Part shown: positions 49,148-58,262 of the stretch, piece after piece
How positions within the stretch are numbered: the first letter of the stretch is position 1
Layout of the letters: each line of letters begins with the position of its first letter
DNA from: Candidatus Rokuibacteriota bacterium
GTDB lineage: Bacteria > Methylomirabilota > Methylomirabilia > Rokubacteriales > CSP1-6
Length of the DNA stretch: 64,000 nt
Direction of reading: 5' to 3'
NCBI GenBank assembly: GCA_003220315.1
Contig: QHSA01000145.1
Span: forward strand, 1,087 to 65,086
The notes under the pieces: generated by a model
The model's input: only the letters and a program-made list of their open reading frames with translations
Database searches by the model: none
Told to the model about the DNA's origin: nothing
Made by a program: the position numbers and the translations under genes

Positions 49148-50149
49148 ATGATCAGCCGACGGGAGTTCTTGCGTGGTCTGACGCTGGCGGGGACAGCGAG
49201 CCTCGCCGGACTTGGACCCGAATTGGCCGGAGCCGAGCCGCCGCCCGAGACGACGCGACTCAGAATTTCCCGCGTCCCCAGCACCTGCCGGAGCCCGGAG
49301 TGGATGGCCGAAGAGCTGCTCCGGGCCGAGGGTTTCTCCCACGTGCAGTACACTCCGACAGCAGGGACCGTCGGGGTCGAGCAGGCGCTCGCTTCGGGCG
49401 AGGCTGATATCAGTGGGCACTTCGCGGCGCCGGTGATCCTGCGAGTCGAGGCAGGAGACCCTATCGTCATCCTGGCTGGCGAGCACGTCGGCTGCTTCGA
49501 ACTGCTGGGCACCGATCGTATCCGAACGATCCGCGACCTCAAGGGAAGGACGGTCGCGGTGCCCGCGCTGGACCCCAGTCCCTACGCGTTCCTCGCCAGC
49601 ATGACGGCGTACGTGGGCCTGGATCCCAACAAGGACATCAACTGGGTCAAGCATCCCGCGAGCGAGTCGATGCGGCTTCTCGCCGAGGGAAAGATCGACG
49701 CGTACCTGGGCTTCCCTCCCGAGCCGCAGGCGCTGCGCGCGAAAGGGATCGGCCGCGTCGTGGTCAACAGCGCAGTGGACCGGCCCTGGTCCCAGTACTT
49801 CTGCTGCATGCTGGTCGGGAACCGGGAGTTCGTCCGGAAGCACCCGGTGGCGACCAAGCGCGCCCTGCGCGCCATTCTCAAGGCGGCCGACCTGTGCGCT
49901 GCTCAGCCTGAGAGGGTCGCGCGGTTCATCGTCGAGGGGGGCGTGGCGAAGAACTACGACTACGCTCTCCAGGCCATCAAGGGATTGCCGTACGGCAGGT
50001 GGCGCGAGTACGACCCGGAGGACACGTTGCGCTTCTACGCGCTCCGCTTGAAGGAGGCGGGAATGATCAAGAGCAGTCCACAAAAAATCATCACCCAGAG
50101 TGCGGATTGGCGCTTCCTCAGCGAGCTGAAGAAGGAGTTGAAGGGATGA
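49148..50149 (+). CDS. NitT/TauT-family substrate-binding protein with TAT signal, array paralog 2.
   Basis: RREFLRG and the conserved paralog core. Confidence 0.8.
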   Translation: MISRREFLRGLTLAGTASLAGLGPELAGAEPPPETTRLRISRVPSTCRSPEWMAEELLRAEGFSHVQYTPTAGTVGVEQALASGEADISGHFAAPVILRVEAGDPIVILAGEHVGCFELLGTDRIRTIRDLKGRTVAVPALDPSPYAFLASMTAYVGLDPNKDINWVKHPASESMRLLAEGKIDAYLGFPPEPQALRAKGIGRVVVNSAVDRPWSQYFCCMLVGNREFVRKHPVATKRALRAILKAADLCAAQPERVARFIVEGGVAKNYDYALQAIKGLPYGRWREYDPEDTLRFYALRLKEAGMIKSSPQKIITQSADWRFLSELKKELKG

Positions 50150-51135
50150 TCACCCGGCGGGCGCTCCTCAGTGGTCTCGCGCTGGCCGGCGGTGGCGGAC
50201 TGCTCGGCCTGACATCCCGGCCGGCCGCCGCCGAGCCGCCCCCCGAGACCACGAGGGTTCGACTGGTCCAGATCGCGGGAATCTGCGTCGCGCCGCAATA
50301 TGTGGCCGAGGAGATGCTGCGGGCCGAGGGGTTCGTGGACGTGCAGTACGTTCAGTTCCTGACCAACCCCTATAAGGCCTTTGCGGCCGGCGACGTCGAC
50401 CTCAGTATGGCCTTCGTCGCCCCCTTCATTCTCCAGGTGGACCGAGGCAACCCCATTGTCCTGCTGGGGGGAGTGCACGTCGGCTGCTACGAGTTGTTCG
50501 GTACCGATCGGGTCAACACGATCCGTGACCTCCGGGACAAGACCGTTTCCATCCCCGAGATCGAGTCACCGCATCACGTGTTCGTCGCCAGCATGGCCTC
50601 CTACGTCGGCCTGGATCCCGGCAAGGACATTCGCTTCGTGACCCAGGCTCCGACCGAGGCCGTGCAACATCTGGCCGAGCGCAAGATCGACGCTCTCATG
50701 GCCTTTCCGCCCCTCTCCCAGGAGCTGCGGGCCAGGAAGATCGGGCATGTGGTCGTCAACAGCGGCGTGGACCGGCCCTGGTCGCAGTACTTTTGCTGCA
50801 TCGTGGCCGCCAACCGGGAGTTCGTGCGTAAGCACCCGGTGGCGACGAAGCGGGCCTTGCGCGCCATCTTGAAGGCCGCCAACCTGTGTGCGCTGGAGCC
50901 GGACCGGGCCGCGCGCCGCGTGGCCGACCGGGGTTACAACTACGACTACGCGCTGCAGACCATGAGAGAGATCCCGTACGGGCGGTGGCGGGAGTTCGAC
51001 CCCGAGGACGCGGTGCGCTTCCATGCTCTCCGCCTCCACGAGGCAAGGATGATCACGTCGAACCCGAAGAAGATCATCGCCGAGGGCACCGACTGGCGAT
51101 TCTGGAACGAGCTGAAGAAGGAGCTGAAGGGATGA
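50146..51135 (+). CDS. NitT/TauT-family substrate-binding protein with TAT signal, array paralog 3.
   Basis: ATGA overlap with paralog 2. RRALLSG and the conserved core. Confidence 0.8.
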   Translation: MITRRALLSGLALAGGGGLLGLTSRPAAAEPPPETTRVRLVQIAGICVAPQYVAEEMLRAEGFVDVQYVQFLTNPYKAFAAGDVDLSMAFVAPFILQVDRGNPIVLLGGVHVGCYELFGTDRVNTIRDLRDKTVSIPEIESPHHVFVASMASYVGLDPGKDIRFVTQAPTEAVQHLAERKIDALMAFPPLSQELRARKIGHVVVNSGVDRPWSQYFCCIVAANREFVRKHPVATKRALRAILKAANLCALEPDRAARRVADRGYNYDYALQTMREIPYGRWREFDPEDAVRFHALRLHEARMITSNPKKIIAEGTDWRFWNELKKELKG

Positions 51136-52145
51136 TCACCCGGCGGGACCTTCTCGGTGGACTGGCTGCGACGGGAGGCATGGGGCTGCTCGGCCTCGAC
51201 GCCCGGCCGGCGGCCGCCGAGCCACCACCGGAGACGACCCGGATCCGGCTATCGAAGGTACCCAGCGTCTGTGTGGCGCCCCAGTACGTCGCCGAGGAGT
51301 TTTTGACAGCCGAGGGGTTCACCGACGTCCGCTACGTCGGCGAGAAGGGGGCGGGAGTCGGCGGCATCCCCCTGGCCAAGGCGATGGGCGCCGGTGAGGT
51401 CGACGTCGCCATGAACTTCGCCGCGCCGCTGGTCGTCTCCCTCGACGCGGGAGAGCCGATCATCCTCCTGGGCGGCGTGCACGTCGGGTGCTTCGAGCTG
51501 TTCGGGAGCGAGCGGGTGCGGACGCTCAGCGACCTGAAAGGCAAGACGGTCGCCGTCCCCCAGTTGAATTCCCCTCAGCACACCTTCATCGCCAGCATCG
51601 TCACCCAGATCGGGCTCGATCCCAACCGGGACATCACGTGGCTTCTGCACCCCCCGGCCGAGGCCAAGCGGCTTCTGGCGGAGGGCAAGATCGACGGCTT
51701 TCTCGGGTTCCCGCCCGACCCTCAGGAGCTGCGCGCCAGGAAGATCGGGCGGGTCCTGGTCAACAGCGCAGTCGACCGCCCCTGGTCCCAGTACTTCTGC
51801 TGCCTGGTCTCGGCCAACCGCGAGTTCGTCAAGAGACACCCCGTGGCGACCAAGCGCGCCCTGCGCGCCATCCTCAAGGGCGATCAGCTCTGCGCCGTGG
51901 ACCCGGGCCGGGGCGCGCGGGCATTTGCAGACCGGGGCTTCAAGGGCGTTCCAGAGTACGCCCGCCAGGCGATGACGGAAATCCCGTTCGGCCGCTGGCG
52001 GGAGTACAAGCCGGAGGAGACCGTGCGCTTCTACGCGCTCCGCCTGCGGGAAGCCGGGATGGTGAAGGGCAGCCCACAGAAGCTGATTGCCGAAGGCACA
52101 GACTGGAGATTCCTCAACGAGCTGAGGAAGGAGCTGAAAGGATGA
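51132..52145 (+). CDS. NitT/TauT-family substrate-binding protein with TAT signal, array paralog 4.
   Basis: ATGA overlap with paralog 3. RRDLLGG and the conserved core. Confidence 0.8.
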   Translation: MITRRDLLGGLAATGGMGLLGLDARPAAAEPPPETTRIRLSKVPSVCVAPQYVAEEFLTAEGFTDVRYVGEKGAGVGGIPLAKAMGAGEVDVAMNFAAPLVVSLDAGEPIILLGGVHVGCFELFGSERVRTLSDLKGKTVAVPQLNSPQHTFIASIVTQIGLDPNRDITWLLHPPAEAKRLLAEGKIDGFLGFPPDPQELRARKIGRVLVNSAVDRPWSQYFCCLVSANREFVKRHPVATKRALRAILKGDQLCAVDPGRGARAFADRGFKGVPEYARQAMTEIPFGRWREYKPEETVRFYALRLREAGMVKGSPQKLIAEGTDWRFLNELRKELKG

Positions 52146-52651
52146 TCCGCGCTGTGCGGGACCTGTCCGCGAGCTGGGAACTCGGCTAAGCGCCTTCTTC
52201 GCGGCAACGCACCCGGACTGGGACGGAACGAGAGATCGTTCTGCGACGAGCTGAAGAGGATGTGAAGGGATGACTCGCGACGGGCTGCTAAACCGACGAA
52301 ACCTTCCACCGGGACGAGACGCTTCGCCACGGGATCGGCGGCCAGAAAAAGACTCTCGAGGGCCACGGCTCCGAGCAGAGCGGGTCCACCTGGGGCGATG
52401 AAGCAGGGCGTTGTCACCTCTCGCCCGTTGATGGCAACGCGCACCTCGGCGACGGGCCAGACCTCCTTCCGACCTCCAGCGATCTGGACAGGCTGGGTAC
52501 GCAGCGCGAGGATCTCGAGCTGATCAGCCAGCGAACGCGGAACCACCAGGAGCGTCGCACCAGTGTCGACCAGCAGGTCAAGAGTCGCCGTCCGCCCTGT
52601 GGGACCGGTGAGACTGGCTGAGACGTGAAAGAGCCCCATAATTGCCTTCAT
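52031..52651 (-). CDS. Retropepsin-like (clan AA) aspartic protease; 3' end uncertain.
   Basis: N-terminal 125 aa carry the LVDTGATLLVVP active-site motif of bacterial retropepsin-like proteases. No in-frame stop until 52031; the C-terminal ~80 aa are antisense to SBP-repeat scar sequence and probably non-native. Confidence 0.45.
   Translation of the reverse strand: MKAIMGLFHVSASLTGPTGRTATLDLLVDTGATLLVVPRSLADQLEILALRTQPVQIAGGRKEVWPVAEVRVAINGREVTTPCFIAPGGPALLGAVALESLFLAADPVAKRLVPVEGFVGLAARRESSLHILFSSSQNDLSFRPSPGALPRRRRLAEFPARGQVPHSADHPFSSFLSSLRNLQSVPSAISFCGLPFTIPASRRRSA
52142..52290 (+). pseudogene. Collapsed copy of the [small ORF – NTase – SBP-junction] unit: truncated duplicate of the 48318 ORF 5' end (MIRAVRDLSASWELG*) plus a degenerate SBP-tail/start junction.
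   Basis: atgatccgcgctgtgcgggacctgtccgcg ... gccttcttcgcggcaacgcacccggactgggacg aligns with 48318..48490 with a roughly 100-nt deletion. 52240..52290 mirrors the SBP junction motif. Confidence 0.45.
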
Positions 52652-52698
52652 TCTACTGTTACTCTGCGGCGGGGCAACGGTGCAGAGTAGATACAGTC

Positions 52699-52749
52699 GA
52701 CACCGACTGGCGCTTCCTCAACGAGCTCAAGAGGGAGCTGAAGGGGTAG
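52699..52749 (+). pseudogene. Orphan 3' fragment of an SBP paralog (DTDWRFLNELKRELKG*) immediately upstream of sco1.
   Basis: gacaccgactggcgcttcctcaacgagctcaagagggagctgaaggggtag matches the array gene 3' ends. Confidence 0.45.
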
Positions 52750-52751
52750 GC

Positions 52752-53360
52752 GTGAGCAATCGCCGCGCGTGGTGCCTGACGATCGTGGTCCTGCTCCTGG
52801 CGAGCGGCTGGGCTGCGCCAGACGATGGCCACGCGGCGGGGGGGACTAACGGTCTTCCCAAGATCGGTCCCGCGCCCGACTTCACGCTGACCACGCAGGA
52901 CGGCGCACGCATGTCCCTCCGGGATCTACGCGGGAAGGTCGTCGCGGTGACGTTCATCTATGCGAGCTGCACCGACACGTGCCCCCTCCTGACGGCGAAG
53001 ATGGCCGCGCTCCAGGCCAAGCTCGGCCCCGAGTTCGGCTCACGTGTGTTCTTCGCGTCCGTGACCGTCGATCCCGAGCGCGACACGCCAGTGGTCCTCA
53101 GGCGCTACGCCCAGGCCCACGGGGCGAATCCGGGGGGCTGGGCGTTTCTCACGGGGTCGCCGGCCGAGATCCGGGACGTGGAGAGGCGGTACGGAGTCTA
53201 CGCCCGGAAGAACCCGGCGGGAGACGTGGATCACACCTTCCTCACGTCTTTGATCGACAGGAACGGGATCCTCCGCGTCCAGTATCTGGGAGTGCGGTTC
53301 GACCCCGACGAGCTCCTCGGAGACGTGCAGAGTCTGCTGCGGGAGATGGGGCGGCAGTGA
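52752..53360 (+). CDS. SCO1/SenC-family copper chaperone (thioredoxin-like, CxxxC).
   Basis: Signal/anchor, YASCTDTCP motif and conserved His (HTF). Confidence 0.8.
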   Translation: MSNRRAWCLTIVVLLLASGWAAPDDGHAAGGTNGLPKIGPAPDFTLTTQDGARMSLRDLRGKVVAVTFIYASCTDTCPLLTAKMAALQAKLGPEFGSRVFFASVTVDPERDTPVVLRRYAQAHGANPGGWAFLTGSPAEIRDVERRYGVYARKNPAGDVDHTFLTSLIDRNGILRVQYLGVRFDPDELLGDVQSLLREMGRQ

Positions 53361-54865
53361 CGTGGCTGGTCGGGCTCATCGCGCGGATGCCTGTCACGGT
53401 CCACGCAAAGCTCCTGGCGGCGTTCCTCGCCATCGTCGTGCTGCTCATCACGGTGGGCGCGGTCGGCCTGCAGACGCTGAGCGCCGTGAACCGCCGCGCC
53501 GAGAATCTGGTCCAGCTCCAGCGCAAGATCGCCGCCTACCGCCAGCTCCAGCACGACACCACCAGCCAGCTCTACAGCGTCTCCTCGGCGCTCCTGGTCC
53601 CCGACGAGCGAACGCTCGAGGCCACGTTGCGTCAGCTCAACCAGTTCGGCTACGACCTCGACCGGCTCCAGTTCGTCGCGAAGGACGAAGTCGAACTGCT
53701 CAGCCGGGTCCGCGAGGACTATGACCAGTTCATCAAGGTCGTGACCCAGGTCGTCGAGCTGATTCGCGCCGCCAAGGTGGCCCAGGGCCGGGAGGTTCAA
53801 CTTGTTCAGGCCGGTCCCCTTGCGGACCGGCTCGAGCGCTTGACCAACGAACTCGTGAACAAGGCCGAGGCGGACATGGTGGCGTCGATCGACGCGACAC
53901 ACGAGGCGTACGTGGGCTCCCGGTGGGTCGTCATCGGCTTCGCGGTCGGCTCCATCGCGCTCGCCCTGAGCCTCGGCTACGCGATCTCCTGGTCACTGAT
54001 CGGCCCGGTGCGGCACATGGACGAACGGCTGAAGCGGCTCGCCTCAGGCGACTTCGCTGGTCGCGTCGAGATCCCGAACCGCGACGAGTTCGGCGCCCTC
54101 GCGGCGAACCTCAACCGGATGAGCGAGGAGCTGGGACGGCTCTACCAGCAGCTCGAGGCTGCGAGCCGCCACAAGTCGGAGTTCCTGGCGAATATGTCGC
54201 ACGAGCTGAGGACCCCGCTCAACGCGATCATCGGCTTCTCGGAGGTCCTCCTCGAGCGGATGTTCGGCGAACTCAACCCCAAACAGGAAGAGTATCTTCA
54301 GGACATCATGACGTCGGGTCGCCATCTGCTCTCGCTCATCAACGACATCCTCGACCTCTCTAAGATCGAGGCCGGCCGCATGGAGCTCGAGCCGAGCGCG
54401 TTCGACTTGCCGGCCGCGCTCGAGGGCTGCCTGACCCTCGTGCGCGAGCGCGCGACTCGTCACGGCATCACGTTGGGGCTGACGGTCGACGAGCATCTCG
54501 GGCAGATCGTCGCCGACGAGCGGAAGGTTCGGCAGGTCGTGCTGAACCTGCTCTCGAATGCCGTGAAATTCACTCCCCAAGGCGGCCGAGTCGCGATCAA
54601 TGCCGTCCGGGCCGACGGAGCCACGGAGATCTCGGTGAGCGACACTGGCATCGGCATCGCGGCCGAGGACCAGGAGCTCATCTTCGAGGAGTTCCGCCAG
54701 GCTGGCGGCGACTACACACGAAAGCGCGAGGGAACCGGGCTCGGCCTGGCGCTCGCGCGGAAGTTCGTCGAGCTCCACGGCGGGCGGATCTGGGTCAAGA
54801 GCGAGATGGGCAAAGGGTCGACGTTCACCTTCGCCCTACCGGAGAGACCATGGCCGGCGAGCTGA
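53357..54865 (+). CDS. Sensor histidine kinase (two TM helices, HAMP, HisKA, HATPase_c).
   Basis: H-box SHELRTPLN, and N / G1 / G2 boxes. GTGA overlap with the sco1 stop. Confidence 0.85.
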   Translation: MTWLVGLIARMPVTVHAKLLAAFLAIVVLLITVGAVGLQTLSAVNRRAENLVQLQRKIAAYRQLQHDTTSQLYSVSSALLVPDERTLEATLRQLNQFGYDLDRLQFVAKDEVELLSRVREDYDQFIKVVTQVVELIRAAKVAQGREVQLVQAGPLADRLERLTNELVNKAEADMVASIDATHEAYVGSRWVVIGFAVGSIALALSLGYAISWSLIGPVRHMDERLKRLASGDFAGRVEIPNRDEFGALAANLNRMSEELGRLYQQLEAASRHKSEFLANMSHELRTPLNAIIGFSEVLLERMFGELNPKQEEYLQDIMTSGRHLLSLINDILDLSKIEAGRMELEPSAFDLPAALEGCLTLVRERATRHGITLGLTVDEHLGQIVADERKVRQVVLNLLSNAVKFTPQGGRVAINAVRADGATEISVSDTGIGIAAEDQELIFEEFRQAGGDYTRKREGTGLGLALARKFVELHGGRIWVKSEMGKGSTFTFALPERPWPAS

Positions 54866-55224
54866 TCCTGATCGTCGAGGACAACGAGAAGAACCTGAAG
54901 CTGGTGCGGGACGTGCTCCAGTTCAAAGGGTATCAGACCGTCGAGGCCTCCACCGGGGAGGACGGCGTGCGTCTGGCCAAGGAACGCCATCCGGCGCTCG
55001 TCCTCATGGACATCCAGCTCCCCGGGATGAACGGGATCACCGCGCTCGGCCAGTTGCGCGTCGATCCCGCGACGCGCGCGATTCCCGTCATCGCGGTCAC
55101 CGCCTCGGCGATGACGCACGACCGGCAGAAGATCATGGCGGCCGGCTTCGACGGTTACCAGTCGAAGCCGATTCGGGTGAAGGAGTTCCTCGAGGCCGTC
55201 CGCACGATGCTCGACCGTCCATGA
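54850..55224 (+). CDS. Single-domain response regulator (CheY-like receiver).
   Basis: DD...D(LVLMD)...T...K receiver motifs. Overlaps the kinase end. Confidence 0.85.
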   Translation: MAGELILIVEDNEKNLKLVRDVLQFKGYQTVEASTGEDGVRLAKERHPALVLMDIQLPGMNGITALGQLRVDPATRAIPVIAVTASAMTHDRQKIMAAGFDGYQSKPIRVKEFLEAVRTMLDRP

Positions 55225-56315
55225 CCGCGTCGGCGAAGATCCTCGTCGTCGACGACACCCCGCACAACGTCAAGCTGCTGGCCGATCTGCTGACCGTCAA
55301 GGGCTATGTCGTCGTCACGGCGTCCTCGGGCGCCCAGGCGCTCGAGAAGGTCGAGACGGAGCAGCCCGACCTCGTCCTGCTCGACGTCGTCATGCCCGAG
55401 ATGAGCGGGTACGAGGTCTGCCGCAAGATCCGCGGCAGTCGCGCGACCGCCACACTCCCCGTGGTCATGGTGACGGCGCTCGATCCCGCGCAGGAGCGCG
55501 TGAAGGGGATCGAAGCGGGTGCCGACGATTTCCTCTCCAAGCCGATCAGCCAGCAGGAGCTGCTCGCGCGGGTGAAGTCGCTTCTCCGGATCAAGGTGCT
55601 TCACGACGAGCTCGGCGAGTGGAGTCGGACGCTCGAGCAGCGCGTCGAGGCGCAGGTGGCCCAGCTCGAGCGGTTGGAGCGTCTGAAGCGCTTCTTCTCG
55701 CCCCAGCTCGCCGAAATGATCGTGAGCGGGGACGCCGACGATCCCCTGAAGAGCCATCGCCGCGAGATCACCGTGGTCTTCCTCGACCTCCGCGGCTTCA
55801 CCTCGTTCGCCGAGACTTCCGAGCCCGAGGAGGTCATGGGGGTACTGCGCGAGTACCACGCGGAGATGGGCCGACTGATCCTCGAGCACGAGGGCACGCT
55901 CGAGCGGTTCACCGGGGACGGCATGATGATCTTCTTCAACGATCCGGTGTCCGTGCCGGACGCGCCCGCGCGCGCGGTCCGGATGGCGGTCGCGATGCGT
56001 CAGCGGGTGGACGAGCTCCTCGTGCGGTGGCGGAAGCGCGGCTACGACCTCGACTTCGGCGTCGGGGTCGCCCAGGGATACGCCACGATCGGCGCCATCG
56101 GCTTCGAGGGGCGACTGGATTACGGCGCGATCGGCACCGTCACCAACCTCGCGGCCCGCCTGTGCGGGGAGGCGAAGCCCGGCCAGATCCTGATCTCCCA
56201 GCGCGTGTACGGTGCGGTCGAAGACTCGGTCGACGTCGAAGAGCTCGGCGGCCTGACGCTCAGGGGCTTCTCGAAGCCCGTGCCCGCCTTCAACGTGCTG
56301 CGGCTCCGACGCTGA
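55221..56315 (+). CDS. Response regulator with C-terminal class III adenylate/guanylate cyclase domain.
   Basis: Receiver domain (LVLLDVVMP) plus cyclase motifs (ITVVFLDLRGFT ... FTGDGMMIFFNDP). Confidence 0.85.
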   Translation: MTASAKILVVDDTPHNVKLLADLLTVKGYVVVTASSGAQALEKVETEQPDLVLLDVVMPEMSGYEVCRKIRGSRATATLPVVMVTALDPAQERVKGIEAGADDFLSKPISQQELLARVKSLLRIKVLHDELGEWSRTLEQRVEAQVAQLERLERLKRFFSPQLAEMIVSGDADDPLKSHRREITVVFLDLRGFTSFAETSEPEEVMGVLREYHAEMGRLILEHEGTLERFTGDGMMIFFNDPVSVPDAPARAVRMAVAMRQRVDELLVRWRKRGYDLDFGVGVAQGYATIGAIGFEGRLDYGAIGTVTNLAARLCGEAKPGQILISQRVYGAVEDSVDVEELGGLTLRGFSKPVPAFNVLRLRR

Positions 56316-57288
56316 CCCGGACGCCCGTGTAGAGGTGGCAGGCGACGAGGCGCCCCGCTTCGGGGAGTAGCGCGGGCTCCTCGGCCGAGCACCGGGCCAT
56401 CGCGTGAGGGCAGCGCGGGTGGAAGCGGCAGCCGGCTGGCGGCGCGAGCGGGCTCGGCACCTCTCCGGTGACGACGACCTCGTCCCGCTTCTCGTCGGGG
56501 TGCGAGGGCAGCGCCGCCGAGAAGAGCGCCTGGGTGTAGGGGTGCCTGGGCGTGGCGGCGACGGTTTCGGCGTTCCCGATCTCGACGATCTTTCCGAGGT
56601 ACATCACCGCGATCGTGTGGCTCATGTGCGCGACGGCCGCGAGGTCGTGCGCGATGAAGAGATACGACAGGCCGAGCCGGCTCTGGAGGTCGCGGAGCAG
56701 GTTGAGGATCTGCGCGCGGATCGAGACGTCGAGGGCCGACACCGGCTCGTCGAGCACGACGAGCTTCGGTGACAGGGCGAGCGCCCGGGCGATCGCGATC
56801 CGCTGCCGCTGCCCGCCCGAGAACTCGTGGGGGAAGAGGTCCGCGGATCGCTCCGGCAGTCCGACCACCTCGAGGAGGTGGGCGACGCGCTTGCGCGCCG
56901 CGCCGGCGGGCAGCGATTCGTTCGTGACGAGGGGCTCGGCGATGATCGACCCGACACGCATCCGCGGATTGAGCGAGGCGTAGGGGTCCTGGAAGACGGC
57001 CTGCACGGACCGCCGGTACTCGCGCAGCGCTCCCCTGTCGAACGTCTGGAGATCCCGGCCCTCGAAGCGGATCGCGCCCGACGTCGGCGCCTCGAGATGC
57101 AGCACGAGCTTCGCGGTCGTCGTCTTGCCACATCCCGACTCGCCGACGACACCGAGGGTCCGGCCGGGCTCGATCGCGAACGAGACGTCGTCCACGGCGC
57201 GCACGACGTCGGACCCGCGCCCGAGAAGGCCGCGCTTGACGGGGAAGTGCTTGGTCAGGTTCCGGGCCTCGAGGATCGGGACGGTCAT
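56290..57288 (-). CDS. Peptide/nickel ABC transporter ATP-binding protein (DppF/OppF-like).
   Basis: Walker A GESGCGKTT, signature and the C-terminal oligopeptide-ABC extension. The upstream part of ORF 56290..57594 is discarded. Confidence 0.85.
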   Translation of the reverse strand: MTVPILEARNLTKHFPVKRGLLGRGSDVVRAVDDVSFAIEPGRTLGVVGESGCGKTTTAKLVLHLEAPTSGAIRFEGRDLQTFDRGALREYRRSVQAVFQDPYASLNPRMRVGSIIAEPLVTNESLPAGAARKRVAHLLEVVGLPERSADLFPHEFSGGQRQRIAIARALALSPKLVVLDEPVSALDVSIRAQILNLLRDLQSRLGLSYLFIAHDLAAVAHMSHTIAVMYLGKIVEIGNAETVAATPRHPYTQALFSAALPSHPDEKRDEVVVTGEVPSPLAPPAGCRFHPRCPHAMARCSAEEPALLPEAGRLVACHLYTGVRVSVGAAAR

Positions 57289-58262
57289 CGGCGGTCGGCG
57301 GCGAGCCAGCAGCGCGCGGTCTGGCTCTCGCCCACGACGAGCTCGGGCGGCGCCTCCTGTCGGCAGTGGTCCATCACCCGCGGGCACCGCGGGTGGAAGG
57401 CGCAGCCGGCGGGAGGGTTCGCCGGGTCGGGCGGCTGGCCGTCGATGGCGGTGAGGCGCGCGCGGCCGTCGCCGAGTCTGGGGATCGACTCGAGCAGCGC
57501 CTTCGTGTAGGGATGGGCCGGCGCGTTGAAGATCTTGCGGATCGGTCCCCCCTCGACCATCCGCCCCGCGTACATCACCGCCACCCGATCGCACATCTTG
57601 GCGACGATGCCGAGGTTGTGCGTGATGAAGATCATGGCGAGGTGGTGGGCGCGCTGCAGGTCACGGAGCAGGTTCAGGTACTGGGCCTGGATGGTCACGT
57701 CGAGGCTCGTCGTGGGCTCGTCGGCGATCAAGAGGCGCGGCTCGCACGAGATTGCGATCGCGCCGACGATGCGCTGGCGCATCCCGCCGGACATCTGGTG
57801 CGGATATTCCCGCACGCGGAGCTCGGGCGCGGAGATCCGCACCGCCCGGAGGAGCTCCCGCGCGCGGACCCACGCGCCGCGGCGGCCGGCGCCCTCGTGG
57901 ATCCGGATGGGCTCGGCCACCTGGTCGCCGATCGTGAAGAGCGGGTTGAGCGAGGCCATCGGGTCCTGGAGGATCATCGCGATCCGCTTGCCGCGGATCC
58001 TGCGCATCTCGGCGGCGGGCTTTCGGAGCAGGTCGTCGCCCTCGAACCGGACCTCGCCCGCGACGATCCGCGCCGCGGGCGGCAGGAGCCTCAAGAGCGA
58101 GAGCGCGAGCGTGGTCTTGCCCGAGCCCGACTCGCCCACGATGCCGAGCGTCTCGCCCTCCTCGAGCGCGAACGACACCTGGTCCACGGCACGCGTCACG
58201 CGCGTGCCGCGCGCGCTCACGTAGTGGGTCGAAAGCCCTCGGACGTCGAGGAGCAGGCTCAC
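57285..58262 (-). CDS. Peptide/nickel ABC transporter ATP-binding protein (DppD/OppD-like); GTG start, coordinate ±1.
   Basis: Walker A GESGSGKTT. The N-terminal 280 aa of ORF 57285..59108 is an out-of-frame overlap of the permease gene and is discarded. Confidence 0.8.
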   Translation of the reverse strand: MSLLLDVRGLSTHYVSARGTRVTRAVDQVSFALEEGETLGIVGESGSGKTTLALSLLRLLPPAARIVAGEVRFEGDDLLRKPAAEMRRIRGKRIAMILQDPMASLNPLFTIGDQVAEPIRIHEGAGRRGAWVRARELLRAVRISAPELRVREYPHQMSGGMRQRIVGAIAISCEPRLLIADEPTTSLDVTIQAQYLNLLRDLQRAHHLAMIFITHNLGIVAKMCDRVAVMYAGRMVEGGPIRKIFNAPAHPYTKALLESIPRLGDGRARLTAIDGQPPDPANPPAGCAFHPRCPRVMDHCRQEAPPELVVGESQTARCWLAADRR

